A program made the translations under genes and the position numbers. A stretch of 64,000 nt of DNA from Lama guanicoe (taxonomy: Eukaryota): assembly GCA_013239625.1 (NCBI GenBank), contig MU053376.1:2034507-2098506 (forward strand), written 5' to 3'. This document shows positions 1-10,800 of this stretch, one piece after another (position 1 is the stretch's first letter; the number at the start of each line of letters is the position of its first letter). The notes beneath the pieces are model-generated. The model was not told the DNA's origin. It ran no database searches and saw nothing but the letters and a program-made list of their open reading frames with translations.

Positions 1-244
1 TCCATGTCTAAAAGAGGAAATCGGTGGTGCTTCTCTCATGGGGAAGGCGCTCCAGCCGCTCTCCAGAGAGGCTGAGTCTTCCTCTGAACCTCAGCATCCC
101 AAGTGCCTCCCGCTTTGGAAAGATTCCACCTGAGCTGCTCTTCTTACTCTCACAAGGAAGGTTTTAAGCTTCTGTATGCAAATAGACACGTAGAATTGTG
201 GCTGGATTACCTTGGAGATTCACTGATGCTCATGTATTTATTCC

Positions 245-520
245 CTGATTTATTTAACATGGATTTATTCAGCATTTACTATATGCCAGGCCCTGTTCTG
301 GCTGCTGGCTATCTAAGATTGCACCAGACAGTCATGGTCTCTGCCCTCACGGAGCCTAGGTAGCACTAGGATTGGAGCAAGGCAGACGTGTTTAAGTACA
401 CATGTCATATGTCAGAGGCTAAGGGCTTCAGAGAAAATTAAAGCGGGTTAAGGGACTGGAGATTGTTAGGGTTGGGTTGGGCGCAGGGTTTGCTCTTGAA
501 TATACAGTGGTCCGGGACGC
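245..520 (-). mobile_element. Degenerate L2 LINE fragment (3' end)
   Basis: ATTTATTCAGCATTTACTATATGCCAGGCCCTGTTCTGG...GTCTCTGCCCTCACGGAGC resembles the reverse complement of the L2 3' end; boundaries approximate. Confidence 0.55.
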
Positions 521-769
521 CTCACTGAGCAGGTAACCGTGGGCGGTGATATAGGAGGACCAAGAGAGAACTGTGTCCCGAAGCCACACATAGTGTTTCA
601 AGGAGGGTGGGATAACTGAGTTAGTGCGATGGCAGGTCAGCTAAGAAAAGGACTGAGAGCTGATTCAGCAGCATGGACATCACTGGTGACTTGGATGGGT
701 GTCCTCTTCATGGAGGAGAAGGGGCAAAGTCCTGACAGTGTCTGTTCGTGCGAGGAGGGGTGCTGATGG

Positions 770-892
770 TGGGTAAACAAAATGTGCTACATCCGTACAG
801 TGGGGTCGTGTTAAGCCAAATACTACTGAATTCTACACTTTACAAGGGTTAAAATGGTGTATTTTCTATTGTGTATATTTTACCACAATAAA
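770..892 (+). mobile_element. Old L1 (L1M-type) 3' fragment
   Basis: GGGTAAACAAAATGTG...ATCCGTACAGTGG then GGTTAAAATGGTGTATTTT...TATATTTTACCACAATAAA, typical L1MB/MC 3' terminus. Confidence 0.6.
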
Positions 893-920
893 GAGATGGG
901 GGACAGGGGGAGACAGAAGG

Positions 921-1223
921 TGTGTGAATCTGCTTGGGCTGCTGTGACAAAGCACCACAGACTGAGCGGCCTGAACAACAGAGATATGTTTTCTCACGGT
1001 TCTGGAATCTGGAAGTCCAAGATCAAGGTGCCAGCAGGGCTGGTTTCTGTGCGACCTCTCTCCTTGGCTTGTAGGCAACCACCTTCTCATTCATCCTCAC
1101 ATGGCCTCATTTAACCTTAATTATCCCCTTAAAAGCCCTCTCTCTAAATACAATCACGTTGAGGGTTAGGGCTTCAGCATTTGAATTGGGATTGGTTGTA
1201 AGAGGACACAGTTCAGTCCATAA
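921..1223 (-). mobile_element. MaLR solo LTR (MLT1-like)
   Basis: GGGCTGCTGTGACAAAGCACCACAGACTG...TCTCACGGTTCTGGAATCTGGAAGTCCAAGATCAAGGTGCCAGCAGGGCTGGTTTCT...GACACAGTTCAGTCCATAA, characteristic MLT1 blocks. Confidence 0.75.
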
Positions 1224-2051
1224 TGGAAGGGGTGAAGAGGAGCCAGAGAATCAGAGGCAGCAGGTCCAGACAGCTCTCAAAGAATTTTATTACAAAGAGG
1301 AGAAGAGGAATGGGACAGTAATTCGGTGTGGATACGGGGTTAAGAGAGAATTTTGCTTTCAAGATGGGCGGTATTATTGCACACTTGTTACGCTGGTGAG
1401 GATGACCCAGTAGAGAAGGAGAACTGGTGATGAAGGAGGGAGCAAGGTAATTGCTGGAATGATTTTCTCCAGGGAGTGAGAGAGGATGGGAGTCATCACA
1501 CAGGGAGGAAGGCAGGACATAAGGTGCAGAGGCAAGTCAGTTAATACATGTGGGGACCACAGAGGATGGAGCAGGTGGCGTTGTAGGCAGGGGGAGTGAG
1601 GAGACCCCTTTGAAGGACCATAAGAAAGCATCAGCCAGAATTACCTTCCACTTCTTCTCTTAAGGAGCCTTTTGGGGAAATCTGTTAAATCATGGATTCA
1701 CAGATATTCTCAGCCCCACGGTTTGCCTGGGGCCATGGTGAATGATGCAGAATATCTTACCCATAGTCAATTGGTTGTTGCCAAATCAAACCCCTGGGGC
1801 CTGTGAAGTTGAAGGTTTTTAAGTGAAATGTCATATATTTAAAACAGTCTTCAAAGCTTCGTGCTCTCCCTGAGGATTTAAGGTTTTGATTTGGGGATGC
1901 AGAGCCCTCAGTTAGACAAGCCTGTCAGGAGACGTTGGTGGACTCCTGTCTATCAATTACTGCCAAACAGTGGCGGCCCTGCTGCCGATTTCCTGACCGG
2001 CTGGAAATGAAGGTGCTATATCAAGAAGCAGTGAGGATGTTAAAAGTATAG

Positions 2052-2270
2052 AAAATATTTATTGAACACCAGGCGTATTTATGTGCCAGGCACAGTGCTG
2101 AGTGCTTTGCATACATTATTACCTCATTTAATCTCACAGCAGCCCATCAGGGAGATACATAATTGCCCCCATTTTACGATGAAGAAATTAGGAAACTAGA
2201 GCAAAATGATGGACCTGGTAAGCGATGGAGCTGGGACTCAAAACCAGGTCTGCTTGACTCTAAAATTCTT
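2052..2270 (-). mobile_element. MIR SINE
   Basis: TATTTATTGAACACC...TGTGCCAGGCACAGTGCTGAGTGCTTTGCATACATTATT...CCCCATTTTACGATGAAGAAA, MIR core in reverse. Confidence 0.7.
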
Positions 2271-4671
2271 AGGGTGTTTTGTGTTTCTTTTTAAATTTAA
2301 TCAAGATACAAGTGTGCATCGGTAAAAAGTGAAAAGTCCACAGAAGTGCATGGCAAAAGACAAGTTTCTCACACCAATCCTGATTTTCTCATTCCCCCGA
2401 AAAAACCTGTGTTCCTAACCCCTACACTCAACCTTTTTAAGATGCACAAAAGAGAATGAGTTCACATCAGTCAGGAGAGTTCTGTAATGTTATGGACAGA
2501 AACTAAAGAAATACAATACCGCTACCTGTATATGTCAACATCAAAAAAAAAAGTTTAGAAGAAGGAGCTGTTACCAGTGTTAACCATTTCAGATATTTCT
2601 TTAAAAATAATAATCCAGTGTTTGAGGTCTTATACTGGAAACAGCCTTCAGAGTCTTCAAGGATGATTAGTACCATTATATTATATACACAATTGTGTGC
2701 ATTTGTTTGTGCTTATAGATGAGTTTTTCTGGGGAGAGAATCCTTCGTTTTTGTCAGACTCTTCAAGGAGCCTGTGTCCCCCAGCTAGTTAAGAACCGTG
2801 ATTTTAGTCCCTAAACTTAGGTATTCCCGTTGTGGATTGGAAGAGAGAGAAGGATCTTGGTCTGTATTTTACTGGGAGTAAGAAATGGATCTGGACCCAC
2901 AAGACCCCAGTCCACAAAGACATGTATTCTCTAGCCCCCGGCCACTGGAGCCATCTAGGAGGTGAGTCGTCCTTGCCTTGGCCGGCTTGGCAGGATTCCT
3001 CGTCTCTCACGGAGCTTAGACTGGGACCCTCAGGGCTAGAGCTTATTTCTCTTTGACCACCAGGCTTCCTGGAAACTACTGGTTTTCTTCTATGTTACCA
3101 AAACGTCAGATCACGCTAAAGAAACAGGGCCTTCCTCCTCCTTGTCCCTCCATGAGCCCAGGAAGCAGCCAGCCTGGGATGAGCTACAGCTATAGCCTTG
3201 TGACACCTCATGCCTCGTTGTCCCTGCTGAGGTTACCAAGGTCATTATCTGTCCTGTCTGTGTTCCATTTTCCTTTGACCAAGAAGTCAAAGGAAACTTC
3301 TTCCAGCCTTTTCAGAATCTCTGCTCTCTTTCAATCCAGGAAGGATTATAAAATTAGGACGTTAAGACCTCCTATGAAGCAGTCCAGCCACTGAGATCCA
3401 TCACTCGCCCATTACGGGCACCCCTGCATTTGACTAGGTCCTCGAGAGCAGTGATTCTCAACCATGGTAGTTGTTTCCCTCCATCGTCCCACTTCACACA
3501 TCCTGCAGTGATTCTCTAAGGGGGACTGGGGACGTATCTGAATCTTTAGTGGAGGAGAGAATCACTGAGTTGGAGAGAGACCAGCTTGGTAATTGAGTCT
3601 GGATGCTGGATACACTAGAGATAAACTGCCCGATTTTAAAGAGCAGCTACTCAGATGAAGACAGCTGAGTCCCAGGCCTCTGGTCCAGCATCAGAGGGCT
3701 TTGATATCCTCTCGAGATCTGTCAGAATCCTGTGCCCATGCCCATGAGGGAGGCAGAACCCCTTGACAGAGCTCACATCTCTGCAGACTGTTGGGGGCAG
3801 CGCTATGTCCAATCATTGAAGGCAGCGCTAACCAGACTTAAGTGCCCGGACAGACAGTTCAATGGGATCTCATCAGGCCCAGTGGCTCCTGGAAGGGCTT
3901 GGGTCCTTGGCCAGGATTGGAGGTATGGCTGGAGTGCTGCTGGCTGAAAAGGGGGAGTTCCTAGAATAAAATACCCGATAGTGAAGTCAGACTGCGTCCA
4001 GAAGAAGGCTGAACTGCATGCTGACCTCTTCCTGAATAAATCCTGAATGTAACAGTCGAGGAGGGTATTACAAAAATGCAAAACAATTATATTAGCTGTT
4101 CCAGAGAGAAAGTCACGGGCTTGGTGGAATACCAAAAGCTCGTCGGTTGGCTGTTTTTTAGAGTCTAGAGCTTAGAATGGAATATCCCTAATAATTTGAT
4201 GATTTTGCCATACCAGAAGGCACACGACGCATGAGGGCTGTGTCTCCTGACCGTGTCATTACCCGGGCAGCCCGAGGGCCTCCGTCTGCTCTGTCAGCTC
4301 AGCGGGTTGGTCAGTGGGCACACAGCCATCTCTGCTGAGTGGCGTGTTCCCAAGGCAAGGTGGGCTTGGTGGATAAGGTCTAGGGTGGGGGTGGGAACTG
4401 GGGAGTACGTAGGATTTGAACTGGGAGCTAGAGAAAGCGGACAGGGGCAAGGAGGGACCTCCACTTTGCCTTTCCTTGGCTCCTGAGTGACTGTCCTGGT
4501 GATCATTCTCTCCTCCCCCCACCAACCTTCTAGAAGGGCTCCGATGCCCAGAAAAGCAGGTGGCAATTTGTGGTGCTTCTGTTCTGGTTCCCCGCAGCGC
4601 CTCCTGTGATTGTGTTTTCTGGGCGTCCATGCGCTTGCTCTTCAGCTCGCCCCCTTTGCCTTCTCCTCCAG

Positions 4672-4896
4672 TTTGTCACAGTTCAGTGAAGAGAACATGA
4701 TGGACCCCTACAACCTCGCCATCTGCTTCGGGCCCTCGCTGATGTCAGTGCCCGAGGGCCACGACCAGGTGTCCTGCCAAGCCCACGTGAACGAGCTGAT
4801 CAAAACCATCATCATCCAGCATGAGAACGTCTTCCCAAACCCCAGGGAGCTGGAGGGCCCCACCTACAGCAGAGGAGGAAGCACGGAGGATTACTG
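4672..4896 (+). CDS. SRGAP2: SRGAP2 exon: C-terminal part of RhoGAP domain
   Basis: ctcctccag acceptor, TG|gtagg donor; [51 protein letters not shown]...EDY. Confidence 0.95.
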
Positions 4897-7800
4897 GTAG
4901 GGGGCCCGGGGCTGGAGGAGGGGGAGGCGTCACCAGCACACACTGGCGTGGGCACCAGATGGCCATGCGAGATGGGAGGGAACCACCCAGATCCTCCCCC
5001 ACCTCCCACTCCAAAAGGCGCTTCAAGCTGCCAGGATCTGGGGTCGCTGGAGGCCGGGCCCCACCTTGATCTAACCTTCAGGGTGAGCGCCACTTCAAGC
5101 CGCCTCTCCGTTTTACAGGTTCTGGGTGGTGAGGGACTGTTCTGAAAGATAATGTCAACAATAACAGTAACACTGATTATCTCTGGGAGAGGACACTTGA
5201 TGTGGTGGTGTGTGGAGCTGCCCTTCATCAGGCAGCAGGGTCTCTCAGGCTCCTGCTTGGAGCTGATTATTTGTGATAGGAACAGACCTACGTCCCAGGG
5301 AGTTTCTTTCTGATCGTGAAGAGTTCAGATATGAGGCATCATGTTCTGACGGTGAATGCATACAGTGATCATTTAATAGTGATCGCAGACATTTGTGAAG
5401 ACAAAGCGGGGGAAGGCGCATTTTTGGCAGGTTAGGCACAGTTCGCCCAGAAGCAGGTTGGTCATGACTTTGCCTGGAAAGAGAGTTGTAAAGCCCCAGG
5501 GCATGTCTTTACTAGACCCTTCCATTAGACAAATAATGAATCACTATTTCCATTTTATAGATCAAGTCACTGCAGTCCAGAGAGGCCAGTGACGATCTTT
5601 GAGGCCACCCCAGTGGTGGGGATTCCAGCCCTGACCCCTTGACTCTCAGTGCAGGGCACCACCCACTGCCCCACACTGCCCCCAGTGTATCACTTACAAG
5701 GTCATTCTTCCACTAAACACAAAGACAGACTCTCTCTTTGACTCCCTAATGTCCCTTACCTCCTCCTCCGCTGCCCCTCCCTGCTTCCCCTAAACGGTGT
5801 TTCAGCCTGGGCTGAAAGCGTAAGCCAGCCCAAATCGGATTCCATCTGAATTCAACATCTGGAACCAATTCAGCCAGCCCATTGCTGTGGACTGAGGTAG
5901 GGGAGGTTGCTTATTTAATTAGAGGCCAATCGGTCCACGCTTCTCCCTGATCCGCACAGAAGGAGCCTCCAGCCCGAGCAGTGAGGAGCATTCTATCCAT
6001 GTGTCTGTGAGAATACCGCTGGCGTCGCTGGGCTCAGTCCTCTCCGCTGGCCTGCAGAGCCCGGCGTCTGGGGCCGAGCTGGAGAGGCCTGGGCTTGCCA
6101 GCTTATAGAGGAAGCTTCCGGTCACCGACACATGGCTGGTAGGGACTGGGAAGGTTGTTCGGGTCTCAGCCTACTGGCTGGTGAGCTCCTTGCGCTTCCC
6201 TTGCCTGAGTGTTGAAAAGCTGACGAATAGTGTTCCTGATTCCTGCTTTACCTCCCTTCTCACATACCAAACCGTTGCAGGCTCTGGACGGGTTCCAGGA
6301 CACAGAGCCCCGCACATTGCTGTTCCCCTAGGCCCAGCCCAGTGCAGCGGAGCCCCCGTGGGGGCGGCTCACCAGGCCCAGATGGGAGGGCGTCTTCCTC
6401 CCAGTTCTCTCCAGGGGCTTCTCCCAGCACCCAGTTGATGGTGCCTCCGACCCAGTTTGTGAGCAGCCTGTGGGAAAACCGTGAGATTAGTCAGGGGATG
6501 TTACTACTGCAGGCTGGGTGGGAGGCCAGAAGCACCCTGGGATCAGGAATAAATGACCTTGGGTAGGAGGGACCGTCTGACTGCTGGGTTCACACCCACT
6601 CAGAAGGCTCCCAGCCTCCATCAGAAGAGAGAGAAGTGCGGGTGAGGTGAGTTAAGATGGATGAAGGATGGGAGGGAGGGGCATCAAAAGGGGAGCCGGA
6701 AGCCAAGCATCCTGGAGATGAGCCAGGAGACCATAACAGCCAGGAAGAGGGAGCACCGGGCCGCTTGGCCCCCCTGCAGCTGTGGAGAGGAGAGGCCAGC
6801 CTCACTTCCCCACACCTGCCCGCCCTGAAACTGGAACCCGGGTTCTAGGACTGCCAGCAGTCTGGCACGCTGGGCTGCTTTCTGAGACCGCAGGTGTTGC
6901 TGGGCCCGGAGGCAGGGCTGGGGTCTGCGTGTGGAATGAGAGAAGCATAGGATTTCAAGTTGGAAGAGCCCTGATAAAGCATCATCTTGCCTGTACCTGA
7001 GAACAGTGGTTTTCAAATTGGAGGTGCCCAGACCAGCAGCGCCTGCATCACACGGACTGGTTAGGAATGCAGCTACTCCGACTCTGCCCGGGCCTGGTGA
7101 ATCGGAAACCCTGGGAGTGAGGCCGTCTGTTTGTAACAAGCCATCTAGGGCTCCTTGAAGATGGCCACATAAATGACTTCGGAGGCCTGGGGAAAAGTGA
7201 GCCTTTGCCCTCCACACCCCTGGGGCCCTGAGGGTTTCCAGAATGTCACCAAACTCATCAGGTTTTTAGGCCCAGAGAGCAATGAGAAGATGTGGCCACC
7301 TTTTTTGTTAAAGAGGAATCCCTGTTCATTTTCTCTCATAATGTTCCCTGGAGTCTGGAGGACCTCCTTGGAACTGACTTGCTTCACACGGGAGGAGTTC
7401 TAAATTAGTCCCCTGCTCTTTGAGGAACATTCTAGGAGTGAAGGATCGGTCCTACAAGGAGGGAGAGGCTGTAGGCTCAAAGGCAGAAACTGCAGCCAGG
7501 ATGTGGGGGTGAGGGGTTGTGGTGCCTCCTCAGTGCAGTCTAGGAAGACTTACTTGTTACTACCTACTTACTACCAGAGGGAGAAACTTTAGAAGTAAAC
7601 TAGAGGAGGGTATAGCTCAGTGGAAGAGTGCATGCTTAGCATGCAAGAGGTCCTGGGTTCATTCCCCAGTACTTCCATAATAAATAAATAAATTTTTTTA
7701 AAAAAAGGAAGAAGTGAACGGGGTTTTTCTCTAGTTTTCAGGAAGTGAGAACTTCCTGGTGCCCCTCCTCATTCACTCAAGACCTGGAAATAAGGAAGAG

Positions 7801-10800
7801 AAATGGCTTTCCTAGTAACTTCCCTGCTCATTCTCGACTCTCCTCCACCCCGGGTGATTTTAGACTCCATGCATTTTGTCAAGAACTTGACCCAGCTCTC
7901 ATCCCCTGCCCTCTTGCCGAGTCCAGCCCACAGCAGACTTTCTTCCCCTGCTCTCATTCTCTCATTTCTCACTTGTTTCCATGACTCATCCCCAACTTTC
8001 TCACCTGTACACAGACTAAACCACAAAGCAACCAGAGGCATCAAGCAAAATGAGAAAGAAGGGAAGAAAGTACTGCTTATTAATCACTCCTTATTTCACT
8101 GAAACCTCATGCAACTCCGTGAAGCATATAGACCATTATCCTCAATTTATAGATTAGGTAGCTGGGGCTTAAAGAGATGAGGTAATTGCCCAGGGTCACG
8201 CAGCTACCAAGTGTCAGAGCTGGCTTTCAGATCCAGTTGTCCTGATGCTAAAGCCCGGAGTTTCCTTTCCACCACACTCCCTCCAGGAGCTAACTCACCC
8301 AGAGGAACAGCCCTTGAGGAGTTGAGTTGTTTTCAATTTTCAGAAAGATTTATAAATTCAAATGGGCTTCCCTTTGTCTCAAGATACTGTAAGTCCCATG
8401 TAGTTTTTGTAGCAGGAGCTAGGCTAGAGAACCCCATTCTCAGCATTTGTCTGTAGTGTGATCAGGACCTAGAGAGTGTGGGATAGATTCCATGGCCTTG
8501 CTCCAAGGAAGCTGCATGGAAGAGAAGACAAGAATTTTGGAAGCACAGGCTGAGGTCCCGGTTACTCTTGCCTCTGTTGCAGTGACAGCCCTCACGGGGA
8601 GACTACCTCGGCTGAAGACGCAGCCCAGGACGTGGCCGCAGAGCATCACACGAGCGATGATGGTACGGGGTCCTGCTAGGAGTCCGTGGGGCTGCTGGGG
8701 ATGAAGCAGAACGAAGGGATTATGTCTCCTGTACTCCTGATGAACCTACCTGCCCAGCAGCCCCCCTGAAGACAGGCAGGGAGTCCTCCTGCCTCTCAAC
8801 TTTCTTCTTTCCCTTTTCTTGGAGAGACAGCCCACCTTCTCAAATAGAATGGTCACTATTAAACCAGAGGTGACGAGCTGGACCTTCACCCTTCCCCCCT
8901 CTGCCCCCAACTCCCTGCTCCTTGTGTCATCTGGCTATCTCACCAGCAGAGTGTCGGTCTCTCGTCACAGCCCAGGCTCCTGCCAGGTAGCTGGAGACCA
9001 AAGTGCAGGAGAGCTCAGTTGAAAAACAGTGAGCCCGGGGAGTAGTGAAGCTGGGTGCCAAGAACCCAGCAGAAGCAAGCCAGAGGAGGGTGGGAATCAG
9101 GACGCAGAAACCACATGCTCTCACGCCTGCCGACTGGAAAAATTGACCCTTTCCAAAGCACAGACATGCGAGCGCTGCGCGGCCCGGTGGGGGTGCATGG
9201 AGAGCTGGAATGTGCAGCTGTCATCCATGGGCCTCGGCGGTGCCCATGATTTATTAAGGTCTGTCCGGCCAGCACATTCCCCCTCCTTCCAACAGTTCTG
9301 CACCTCCATTTCTGATCACTTGCACTCTGGATGTCTCAGCAGCTGACCGGGGGCGGGCCTCAGAATTTTCTGGGCACAAGAATGAAATGGCCCAGTCTGT
9401 GGCGCTTTCCCTGCTCCCTGCCTTGCTGGGAATTCTACAATTCTAGGCCACCTTTTAAAGGAGAAGGAAAAAAAAATATCGGGCCACTTATTTGGCTCCT
9501 GAGGTCAGATGGATCAATATGGTAATTAGTCACACTGCGGGAGGCGAGCAGATGAACTAGGGAAATTCGTATTTGGTTAGAGCCTACATGTGCCCAGCAC
9601 AGCTAGAGGCTTTCTATGTGCCTCATCTCTTAATCCTTAGTGAAATAGATAGAGCTGCTATTTTATAGTTGAGAAAACTGAGGCCAGAGAGGTCCAGTGA
9701 CATACCCGAGGCTGTACGGACCTGAAATTGGGATGTTTAGACAGGCCCTGGGTACTGAAGTCTGCATCCCTGCCCGTTGCGGTGCAGATGCACCAGCCCC
9801 GGCTGTCTTGTCCCACCAGCCCCGGCTATCTTGTCCCACCAGCCCCGGCTATCTTGTCCCACCAGCCCCGGCTGTCTGGATGTAATCTTGTTTGCAAGCA
9901 GCCTTTCTCTCTACTGCTCAGAATATATCTGACTTTAACCTCAGTTTCCCGGTTTCTAGGAGTCTTCTTTTTGCTCTCTCACCTCTACCTGCAGCCCAGC
10001 ACCAATAATGACAATGGTGACAATAATGACCATGGCTAACACATACATAGACTTAAGCTGGGCCCTCCCTGTTCTGAGCACTTTTACGAATTGTTATTTA
10101 TTGACGTCTCATGCCAACTCCATGAAAAAAGCATTATTGTTATCCCCATTTTACAGATGAGGATATGAACTCTCACACAAAAGTAAAACTACATTACCTT
10201 TGCAAACCCCTTTTAAATTTTCAAGTCACTTGCATGTGCATTTTTCCATATAGTGTCCACAAAATATATTTCCATATTTTGCTCCTCGGAAAGCTGATTG
10301 ATTGGGCAAGTTATTTTTCTTTTTATAGAGACTAAAACCCATGTTCTAGTAGGGGGATTGGATACCATAAATAAGTTATTTAAAATACAATATAAGAGTT
10401 CTAAGTTAATGGAATTATTTTATAGTCAGAAAGGAAGTAATGCTTACAAATACAGCCTGGCAGGTTCGATGATAGGGGTTGGCATAAGAGCTATGGAAAC
10501 ACCAAGGAAATTAGTACAGGAAGCAGGTGATGTTTGAGTTGTGATTCAGTGTGTTCCATCAGGCAAGTGGGAAAGAGGCGGATTCCAGGTGGAGGGAACA
10601 GCATGAGCAAAGACAAGGAAGAGCATATGTGTCCTTTCAGGGAGCTACACCGTCTGCATGGGAATCTGCTTTATAGATCATTCATGACTTATTTTCACAC
10701 TGGGTTGTCTTCCCCCCACTGCAAGTTCAGATAATTGAACTTTTCTGCCCAGTTTCCTGAGTCACTGAGTCCCAACAACATGTGTTTCCTTCTTTTCCAC

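Noticed and set aside
7603..7680. tRNA-Ala gene (also at 22610, 46985, 53775)
   Set aside because: Stem and box mismatches, A-rich tails and TSDs indicate SINE copies, not functional tRNAs
9791..9877. CRISPR-like direct repeats
   Set aside because: Head-to-tail units with no spacers, no cas genes, mammalian intron
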